Source of the DNA: Azolla caroliniana
Lineage: Eukaryota > Plantae > Polypodiophyta
Assembly (NCBI GenBank): GCA_043228905.1
Contig: JBHGNT010000008.1
Span: 9,548,001-9,612,000, forward strand
Length of the DNA stretch: 64,000 bases
Direction of reading: 5' to 3'
Made by a program: the position numbers and the translations under genes. Every line of letters starts with the position of its first letter. The stretch's first letter is position 1. The notes under the pieces were generated by a model, which saw nothing but the letters and a program-made list of their open reading frames with translations, was not told where the DNA came from and did no database searches. Positions 34,969 to 43,796 of the stretch are shown here, one piece after another.

Positions 34969-35415
34969 AAGAAGATAGAGAGATAATTGAAAAGGAATTA
35001 TTATATTGAAGAGTAAATGGATTACAAAGAGTAGGCAACAGAGCACTACAAAAAGGCGTTGAACCAATTTAGGTTTGGGATGAGTGGTAGATCCCAATTT
35101 ATAAGGATAGAGAACACTCTAGAATATTCTAGGTTATCCTAGAATGTAGAGTAATCTAGAAGATCTATAGAGTATTTTAGAAGGTTCTAGTGTATAGAAC
35201 ACTCTAGAATATTCTAGGTCATTCTAGAATGTAGAGTAATATAGAATATTCCTATGATATTAGATTTCATATTCTAAAAATTATACATACAAGAATATTA
35301 ATACAATGGCTAAGGATTTGACATGTGTACAACAAGGTCGTGGGTACAAATCCTATCGAGGCATAATGTGAGTGTCATGATCCTTTTGATGCATGATGTG
35401 AGTGTTATCATGACA
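34929..35415 (-). repeat. 3' LTR of the Tcn1-like element
   Basis: TGTCA...TGACA; matches 49579-50069; adjacent CTATCCCCCTTCTT is a minus-strand PPT. Confidence 0.92.
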
Positions 35416-37092
35416 CTATCCCCCTTCTTCGATGACACGTATCATGGTCGTAGGGTTTGTATTAGGACCTGGTTTACGAGGATATTGGTGATGAAATGCA
35501 ATGACGAGTTCCACAACATTGGAAAGATTTGTAGCAGGTTCCCAAGTTCGATCATTGGGGATATAGCCTAGCCAATCGACTAAGTAATATAACTTGTTGC
35601 GCATGATTTTAGAATCAAGAATGGCAGAAACTTCAAAATCGGGTCCGTCCAAGAACTCGATAGGTGGTGGGGGTGTCATAAGACGGCCCAGAATTGAACT
35701 TGTAGTATAAGGTTCCAAAAGGGATATATGAAAGACTGGATGAAGATGCATGTGTGGAGGGAGGCCAAGACGAAATGCAACATCACTTATCTTACCAATG
35801 ATCATGTAAGGGCCAAAATGTTGGTAATCCAATTTACTGCAAGGTCGAGTGGTCTTGATGTTGTGTTGGAGAAGCCATACATGATCCCCAATGCGGAACT
35901 TTTTTGAGGAGTCTAGACGATGATGATCGGCAAGCCTCTGGTGTGTAACGTGAGCATCGTGCAAATTGTGAAGAATGGTAACGTGAATTTCTTGGAGTCA
36001 ACTAAGACGATCCTCGGCAGCAAGGTTGGTAGGAACGTCTGGATGCGCATTCATCGTCCATCGAGGATGACAACCCGTATTTGCGAAAAATGGGGAATAT
36101 CCTGTCGAAGAATGGGCCGAGTTGTTGTAAGCGAATTCCGCTAAGTGCAAAAAATCAACCCAATCATCTTGTTGATAGTTGATGAAACAACGAAGATATT
36201 GCTCCAACGTCTGGTTGGTATGCTCAGTTTGGCCATTTGTTTCAGGATGATAGCCCAAAGAAAGCTTAACCGAAATGTGGAGAAGTTTGAACATGTGCTT
36301 CCAAAACTTTGAGATGAATTGTGGACCACGATCACTAATAATATCATTCGGCAAACCATGATGCTTAAATACCTCCCGCATAATGAGATCGGCCGCCTCT
36401 TGACTAGTAATCGACTTCGTACATGGCAAGAAATGTGCCATTTTGGTAAATTGATCAACCACTGTGAGAATTGCATCAAAACCTTTTGAAACTGGGAGAT
36501 CAATAATGAAATCCAAGGATATAGACTTCCAAGGATTTTCCGGAATGGGACGTGGTTATAGTAAGCCATAGGATCGGTGACGAGGACTCTTTGATCGACA
36601 ACATATATCATAGCTGCGAACATACTCCTCAACAAAATGATGAAGGCAAGGCCACCAATAGCGTTGAGAAATTAATTCTAGAGTCTTGCGAACTCCAAAA
36701 TGACCAGCCATTGGTGACTCATGGCAATGTTGTAAAACTTGTGTTCATGGGGGACCATGAGGAACATACAATAGGTTTTGTTGAAACAGAAAACCACCAT
36801 GCCAATAGAACCGACGATAGTCATTACGAGGATTTTTTGACTGTGAGGAAGAAGCACGGTCTGGGATGATATGATCCAAAACATCCGTAGTGAAATCATC
36901 AATGGCCATATGATCTCGAATGGAATAAAGAAGAGTGGAATCTTCAAGAGTTGTTATGGCATTAACTACCATTAATCGTAAGCGATTAGGACCCAAAAGG
37001 ATTTGTTTTTGATGCTCAAATGTAGGTTTCCTTAGACGAAGTTCCATATAAGAGCGCAGAGAAAGAGCATCTGCTTTGTCTTGCTGCATCCC
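35416..37092 (-). pseudogene. Integrase + chromodomain (frameshifted)
   Basis: DFIIDLPVSKGFDAILTVVD, ISDRGPQF, GPY motif, and FEVSAILDSK..YYLVDWLGY..TWEP chromodomain. Confidence 0.9.
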
Positions 37093-37097
37093 AGGGT

Positions 37098-37516
37098 TGT
37101 TACTGGCCGGCAAGGAGTCCAAAATACGGAGTGAAGGAATTAATTAAGTATGGTTGTAAATAAGCATAGTGTGGACGGACGGACTGGAAACGGTATGCCG
37201 TTCTAGATCTGGACGGATCCCGAATAGGTGTGATAGGCACCGTTTTGTACTACGGGCCGGAAACCTATTTAAAGGCCCGGACCCCATTGTAATCGCAGCG
37301 TATAATTAATAGAGCGTATGGTGTTTATACTTCTGTGTTGATTTCCGTTCTGTAATTACTGTTATATCTTACGCGTGTAATTAACAAAAGCGCTCTAATC
37401 GTGTAACCTACTTAAGTCGGTGTAATCGTTGAGTCATAATCCTATGCCGTAATCACCCTTTGGTGAAGTGTCTCCGTGACACCTTGTGTTAGGCCTTGTC
37501 CGGTCAGAGAACAACA
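37098..37516 (+). repeat. 5' LTR
   Basis: TGTTA...CAACA; TATTTAAA at ~37266; followed by the PBS. Confidence 0.95.
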
Positions 37517-37522
37517 CAGTTT

Positions 37523-37533
37523 TGGCGACCACG
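37523..37533 (+). promoter_or_regulatory. PBS, probably tRNA-Arg type
   Basis: TGGCGACCACG, 6 nt after the 5' LTR. Confidence 0.65.
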
Positions 37534-37569
37534 ATTCCTGCTTTCTCGCAGCGAACGACGGCTTAATGG

Positions 37570-38949
37570 ATGACTAGACCAACGCACGACCTGGTTACAG
37601 ACCGAGCTCGACGCCTCGCCGAACGGCAAAGACGGCGTGAGACTTTCCAGCAAGCAGCGCACGAAATTCGCTCGGATCGTTCGTTCTCCAACGAGATCCG
37701 GAGAGTCGCGGAGGAATCTCTTCGGTTACAACAAACTCGCGACCAGGACGACGGAAGCGGTCTAAGTAGTCTCCGGGAAACCGAACGCCTCCTCGAGGCG
37801 CTGGCAAGCGGAGAAAACGAGGCAGAAGCCTTTTCAGCCTACGAATCGGATTCCGAAGGGGGATACAACGTGCACACGAACTACCGGAGCAGCAACGATA
37901 CCCCCGGCGGCCCGGAGGACGACGGGTCGGATACCGAGCCGACTCCAGAACCGGAACCGTTCGACCAGGGCTATCCGGAACCGCAAACGGAAGCCGTCAA
38001 CCCACCAACACCGGAAGCGGAAGAAGCGAAGCCACCGACACCAACGAAAGAGCCGGTGAAGGAACCGGAAAAAGAACCGGAAAAAGAACCGGAAGTGGAA
38101 CAGGAGAGAAAACCGGAAAGATATCGACAAACGCCACTAAACCGCGGCCTAATACTGGACGACGACATGCCGTTCCAATACTCAAAGTATCGCGATGATC
38201 CGGACGCGGAAGCGCATGTTCATGCCTTCGAGCAGACATGGGAAGCAAATCACGCGTCCCAGCGATTGACACCGGAGGAAGAAGAACGCTCGAAGATAGC
38301 GGAATTCGGGGTCACGTTGGAAGGACCATCGGCACGATGGCGGCGGACGCAGGACCCGGCAACCATCACAACCTTTGCAGAATTAAAAGCAAAATTCTTG
38401 CATTTTTTCCACAAGGAGGTCGACCAGACGACGATGGTGGGCCTGTTTTATACGATCCGACAGGAGGCAGGGGAAAGCATTCCCCAATTCGTCATCCGTT
38501 TCCAACGAATACATAGCCAGCTTACCCGTGCACCCCCGGAGGAGGAATTACGGACGATATTTTTAAACGCACTCCGGGAACCGTTACGCACGGTGTGTAC
38601 GGTGATCGACTTTCGAGGAAGCACCATTGACCAGGTCATTGACCGGGTCAGAGAAATGGAAAAGTCAAGCTCATGGCTTACACTGGGAGCACTGCAACGG
38701 GCGTTACCCACAGATGAAGATCTCCGGTTCCGGCAGGCAATTCAATGTACAATCTGCTTGAATGCCGGACACTCGGCAGTGGAGTGCACCATGCGAACCC
38801 AGTGTGTGATTTGTCAATCCAAGAGTCATACAACAGACCGGTGCGAGTATAACCTGCTAAACCGACAAGCACCACCCGTTCGACGGATCGAGCCAAGAAG
38901 CAGCCGAGACGAAGATGAAGATCGTTGGCAAAGAATGAACCGGTACTGA
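37570..38949 (+). CDS. Gag (capsid + 2 CCHC zinc knuckles); frame continues past TGA into pol
   Basis: DAEAHVHAFE, TFAELKAKFL, CTICLNAGHSAVEC and CVICQSKSHTTDRC. Confidence 0.9.
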   Translation: MTRPTHDLVTDRARRLAERQRRRETFQQAAHEIRSDRSFSNEIRRVAEESLRLQQTRDQDDGSGLSSLRETERLLEALASGENEAEAFSAYESDSEGGYNVHTNYRSSNDTPGGPEDDGSDTEPTPEPEPFDQGYPEPQTEAVNPPTPEAEEAKPPTPTKEPVKEPEKEPEKEPEVEQERKPERYRQTPLNRGLILDDDMPFQYSKYRDDPDAEAHVHAFEQTWEANHASQRLTPEEEERSKIAEFGVTLEGPSARWRRTQDPATITTFAELKAKFLHFFHKEVDQTTMVGLFYTIRQEAGESIPQFVIRFQRIHSQLTRAPPEEELRTIFLNALREPLRTVCTVIDFRGSTIDQVIDRVREMEKSSSWLTLGALQRALPTDEDLRFRQAIQCTICLNAGHSAVECTMRTQCVICQSKSHTTDRCEYNLLNRQAPPVRRIEPRSSRDEDEDRWQRMNRY

Positions 38950-39402
38950 CCGGCACAGGATGTCCGGTACGGAGACAGACAAGAGAATGATGGCCGGTAC
39001 AGGGATCGGCATGATAACTACGACCGGTATGAGCGATCGGACCGTTATCGGGAGTCCAACAGACGACACGAGCAATACGACAGAGACCATTCCCCTGGTT
39101 ACCGAAGGCACCAGGAGGACTACGGCCGATTTTACGATCCACCACGACAGGACTACCGAAATAAAAATAAGAATAATAAGAAACGTAATTTCAAGAAAGG
39201 TGGTCACACTAGGGACCCGGAACATGGAACCCCAAGGAGCCAACCGGCACAGAACGCACCACTCACTACGGGACCGACTCCGGCTACCAGCAATGCTGAA
39301 TCCAGCAATACCCGTAAAGAGTACTGCTACTACTGCAGGCAGGAAGGCCACTACAGTAACCAGTGCCCGGCAAAGAGCTACGATAAACGACCAACAGTTA
39401 AT

Positions 39403-42400
39403 ATGGTGGTTCCGGAAGTGGCGGATGTACAGCAAGTAACCACATGGTCAAAAGGCATGGCCAAAGAGTGGGAAACACAAGAGGCCATACGAAAACAGGC
39501 GACGGAATGGGTGAAGGAAGCCAATGAAAGGAACGTCGCGGACGCGGAACGGCAAAAGGCGAATACCATAGGGAGTGCCGGCGGTAGCCACGCAGAAAAC
39601 GAGACATGGCAAGTACTGCAAGAATGTCAGATCACGTTGCCATTAGGAAGACTCTTGCAGCTCGTGCCGCGATTTACGGAAGGACTAAAAACGGTCATGA
39701 TAGACGGTATAGCCCCACCGGCACCAGTCCTCTTCTCGAATCCGGAGGAGGGACCGACGGTGGTGGACACTAGTAGTCCGGTGATTACAGCTATTGTCAA
39801 AGGGCACGAACTTCCCGGCACAGTAATCGATGGAGGTTCCGGGGTGAACGTAATAAGCCTCCGCACGTGTGATGCCTTGGGTATACATGAATGGGAGCCA
39901 TGTCCGTTCTGGCTACGGATGGCGGATACGAGCTCTGTACGGCCGACGGGCTTAATACGGAAATTGGAAGTCACCATAGGAGGTCACACATTTCACATCT
40001 CGGCTGTAGTGCTGCAGCTACAGGCGCAAGGCGCGTACCCACTGTTGCTGGGCAGACCATGGTTGAAAACAACACACATCAAGCAAAATTGGCGGAAAAA
40101 TATGATTACCTTCCGGCGCGGAAAAGCCAAGGTCCGGGTACTGACACAACCACGGACGAGCAATGGTAAGGAATGCACACCGCTGTATGCGGAATGCGTG
40201 AACATGCTTGAAGGGTTGGCAGACGACGAAGAAGCCCAGTACTTGGAGGAACACCCGAAGATCGTACCACTTTTCGAGATTGACGTGGCTGAAGCCGTAG
40301 CGCCATACTTGCCGCAGCGGGACGAAACCGAAGCCGAACCAGACAAAGATTCGATTCGAGAATTACGGCAAGCACAGGAAGCGTTGGAACGGGAAATGGC
40401 CGTTTCGCAACGGGTAAAAACATCCCAGCTCGACGAAGTGAACCTAGGAAGCAAGGACGAATCAAAGCCGGTACACATCGCCAAAGAAATGAAGCCGGAA
40501 GATAAAGCGGCAATGATCAAACTTCTCACGGAGTTTCGCGACGTATTCGCCTGGTCATACGAAGACATGCGAGGGCTGGACCCTCAATTATATCAGCATC
40601 AGATCCACTTAGGCAAGGACGCGAAACCAGTGGCGCAAAGACGTTACCGAATGAACCCCAACTACGCCGCCAAAGTGAAGGAGGAAATCGACAAACTCCT
40701 AAGAGTGGGCTTCATCCGGCCGGTAAAGAAAGCGACGTGGCTGAGCCCCATCGTCGTCGTCCCAAAGAAGAACGGTAAAATCCGCGTGTGTGTAGATTAC
40801 AGGAAACTAAATGCAGCCACAATTACGGATGCATTCCCTCTTCCGTTCACGGATGGAGTACTGGATGCCGTCGCCGGCCATGAAGTTTATAGCTTTTTAG
40901 ACGGGTTCAGCGGATACAATCAAATCCGGATGCACCCTGACGACCAGGAGAAGACAGCGTTCGTCACCGAATGGGGGGTGTTTGTGGCCGTAGTAATGAT
41001 GTTCGGACTAAAAACGGCACCAGCAACTTTCCAGCGAATCATCATGGAGATCTTCGGCGAATACATTCCAGCCTTCATGCAGGTTTTCCTGGATGACTTT
41101 GCAGTCTATAGCCGGGAAAAAGACCATTTGCAGCACCTACGGTTATGCCTTGAAAAGTGTAGGTTATACCGGCTAAGCTTAAACCCAGCAAAATGCATCT
41201 TTGGGGTTTCAAGTGGAATCTTACTGGGACACATTGTAAGTAAGGAGGGCATTGCGGTCGACCCGGACAAAGTAAACGCGATACTAGGGGCACCGGCGCC
41301 GAAAACGGCCAAAGCACTAAGCCGATTCTTAGGACAGATCCGGTGGCACAGCCGGATGCTCCGTCACTTGGCTGACTTGGCTACACCATTACACACCGCG
41401 GTACATCGGACACCGTTCCAATGGACGGATACGGAGGATAAGGCATACAATGCCCTGAAGGTACTTTTGTCGCAAGCACCCGTCGTGCAGCCTCCGGATT
41501 GGAGCAAGGAATTTCATGTGTTCGTGGACGCTTCCGACATCGCTATCGGCAGCGCCTTAATGCAACTTACGGAGCCTAAATGGTACCGGCCGGTATATTA
41601 CGCCAGCCGGAAGCTGTCCCAAGCGGAGAAGAACTATTCGACTACGGAACGGGAGGCCCTGGGCATGATCTACAGTGTAACAAAGTTTCGTCATTACCTA
41701 TTGGGAAGGAAGTTCTCCTTTCATGTGGATCACTCGGCGCTCTTGTACTTAGTGTCCAAGGCGTCCCTGACCGGTAAGTTGGCCCGTTGGACCTTGCTGT
41801 TGCAGGAGTTCGAATTCGAGATCTTCCACCGGCCCGGTATCCAGCATGCCGTAGCAGACTACCTGAGCCGGTTAGAGTCCGGAGAATCAGGCGACGGAGT
41901 ATCGGATGAATTCCCGGACGCAGAGTTATTCCGTATCACCCCGGAAACGGCAGCGGACGACACGGTGGCATCAGAAGATAGGTGGCTGACAAACATGCAC
42001 CGGTTCCTAAGCACGGGCCTGCCACCGGAGGAAATGAACCGGGACGAGAGGAAACGACTGGCGGTGCAGAGCCGCAATTTCTGTCTGTTACGGGACACTC
42101 TCTACCACAAGGGAGCAGATGGAATATGGAGACGGGCAGTCCGTAGTGACGAGAAACAAGTAATCTTACGGGAAGCACACTGTGGGGTTGCCGGAGGACA
42201 CTATGCCGGGGAAGCGACGGCAAGGAAAGTATGGCAGAGCGGCTTATGGTGGCCCACGACGTTAAAAGACGCCGTCAAGTATGCTAAGAAATGTGACCTA
42301 TGCCAACGAATGGGCCAGCCTACGGAGCAAGCACGTATGCCACACCAACCGGTACTTCCACTAGAGCCATTCCAGAAGTGGGGGTTGGATTTTGTCGGAC

Positions 42401-43404
42401 CGTTCAAGCCACCGGCAATGAGAACAGGTAATCGTTATGTCATCGTGGCAACAGATTATTGCACTAAATGGGTGGAGGCTAAGGCCTTGAGAGACAACAC
42501 CGCGTCATCCACAGCAAAATTCCTGTACGAGAACATTTGGTGCCGATATGGATGTCCGATTGAATTAATCAGCGACCAAGGAGGGCACTTCCTCGGCCAG
42601 GTAGTTGAAAGCTTAACAACGTTCTATGCCGTGGTCCATAAACGGAGCACACCGTACTACCCACAAGCAAACGGGTTAGCAGAGTCAACCAACAAAACGC
42701 TCCAGAACATTCTCCGCAAAATCGTCAATGAAAACCGGACGGACTGGGATACAAAGCTCCATAGCGCGCTATGGGCGTACCGAACGGCATACAAAACAAG
42801 TATCCGGACAACGCCGTTCCGGTTAGCGTTCGGCTTAGAGGCGGTCATGCCGGTGGAATTTCAGGTACCAAGCTTACGGATCCAACTACGGGAACGGCTG
42901 AATGAAAAGGAGTCGGAGGAAATGCGGCTAGCAGCACTATGCGAACTGGAGGAGCAACGGCTGGCCAGCATCCTACACATGGAACTGGAGCAACGACGAC
43001 GGAAAGCGTTCGTTGACCGTCACCGGAAAGGTAATGAGAAGATGTTCGAAATCGGAAAGCCGGTGCTAGTATTCCAAACGAGGATGGGCAAGATGCCGGG
43101 TAAACTCCGGTTTAGATGGATAGGCCTGTATTGGCTGACACGGGAATACAACGGGTCCTATCAGTTAGGGACACTTGCCGGTGAAGTGCTAGGCAAGTGG
43201 GTCAACGGATTTAGACTAAAGCCCTATAAAGGACCGATGCCAAGTAACCCGTTTATGCAGCCCACCGGCACTATACCGGGAACCTGTCCGGGAACGGTAC
43301 GGATGGAAGAAAAAGACGACGGGGAACCCGTAGCAGAGGCGAAGGAAGACACGACAACCGGTAAGGAAAACGGTAAGGGTCCGAAGGGACCTACGGATGT
43401 GTAA
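39403..43404 (+). CDS. Pol polyprotein PR-RT-RH-INT
   Basis: IDGGSG protease; RVCVDYRKLN and VFLDDF RT; FVDAS RNase H; HHCC zinc finger plus WGLDFVGP/ISDQG/NGLAE integrase; intact 1333 aa, no chromodomain or additional RNase H seen. Confidence 0.97.
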   Translation: MVVPEVADVQQVTTWSKGMAKEWETQEAIRKQATEWVKEANERNVADAERQKANTIGSAGGSHAENETWQVLQECQITLPLGRLLQLVPRFTEGLKTVMIDGIAPPAPVLFSNPEEGPTVVDTSSPVITAIVKGHELPGTVIDGGSGVNVISLRTCDALGIHEWEPCPFWLRMADTSSVRPTGLIRKLEVTIGGHTFHISAVVLQLQAQGAYPLLLGRPWLKTTHIKQNWRKNMITFRRGKAKVRVLTQPRTSNGKECTPLYAECVNMLEGLADDEEAQYLEEHPKIVPLFEIDVAEAVAPYLPQRDETEAEPDKDSIRELRQAQEALEREMAVSQRVKTSQLDEVNLGSKDESKPVHIAKEMKPEDKAAMIKLLTEFRDVFAWSYEDMRGLDPQLYQHQIHLGKDAKPVAQRRYRMNPNYAAKVKEEIDKLLRVGFIRPVKKATWLSPIVVVPKKNGKIRVCVDYRKLNAATITDAFPLPFTDGVLDAVAGHEVYSFLDGFSGYNQIRMHPDDQEKTAFVTEWGVFVAVVMMFGLKTAPATFQRIIMEIFGEYIPAFMQVFLDDFAVYSREKDHLQHLRLCLEKCRLYRLSLNPAKCIFGVSSGILLGHIVSKEGIAVDPDKVNAILGAPAPKTAKALSRFLGQIRWHSRMLRHLADLATPLHTAVHRTPFQWTDTEDKAYNALKVLLSQAPVVQPPDWSKEFHVFVDASDIAIGSALMQLTEPKWYRPVYYASRKLSQAEKNYSTTEREALGMIYSVTKFRHYLLGRKFSFHVDHSALLYLVSKASLTGKLARWTLLLQEFEFEIFHRPGIQHAVADYLSRLESGESGDGVSDEFPDAELFRITPETAADDTVASEDRWLTNMHRFLSTGLPPEEMNRDERKRLAVQSRNFCLLRDTLYHKGADGIWRRAVRSDEKQVILREAHCGVAGGHYAGEATARKVWQSGLWWPTTLKDAVKYAKKCDLCQRMGQPTEQARMPHQPVLPLEPFQKWGLDFVGPFKPPAMRTGNRYVIVATDYCTKWVEAKALRDNTASSTAKFLYENIWCRYGCPIELISDQGGHFLGQVVESLTTFYAVVHKRSTPYYPQANGLAESTNKTLQNILRKIVNENRTDWDTKLHSALWAYRTAYKTSIRTTPFRLAFGLEAVMPVEFQVPSLRIQLRERLNEKESEEMRLAALCELEEQRLASILHMELEQRRRKAFVDRHRKGNEKMFEIGKPVLVFQTRMGKMPGKLRFRWIGLYWLTREYNGSYQLGTLAGEVLGKWVNGFRLKPYKGPMPSNPFMQPTGTIPGTCPGTVRMEEKDDGEPVAEAKEDTTTGKENGKGPKGPTDV

Positions 43405-43796
43405 GATCACATACCGTCATTTAAAAAAAAAAAAAAGAAGAAAAAAGAAAAAAAGAAAAAAAGAAGAAATCATTAAAAATCGAGGTATGAACGGACGTGA
43501 AAGCAAGGAGCGAAAAGGTACGTAGTGGGCATTTAAGAGCCGCCACGTTACTTAATACTAAATTGGTACACGACGTGCGCATGCTCGGAAAAGGCGCCAA
43601 GACGCATAGAGAAAAAGCAGAACGCATGGAGACCTTTTCATTTCGCGAGCCAAGAAGCACAGAAGCACCAAGGTAGTGGAAGCTTATCAGACGCGAACCT
43701 GCACTCAGAGAACCCCCATGTCCGGAACTCTCTCTCTCTCGCTCTCACTCTCATCACCACTCTACCTCGCCATCTTTCCTCGACCTCGAAGCAGAC

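Noticed and set aside
38960-39439. Separate 159-aa ORF between gag and pol
   Set aside because: The alternative frame is incidental; the gag-pol frame with a zinc knuckle runs through this region.
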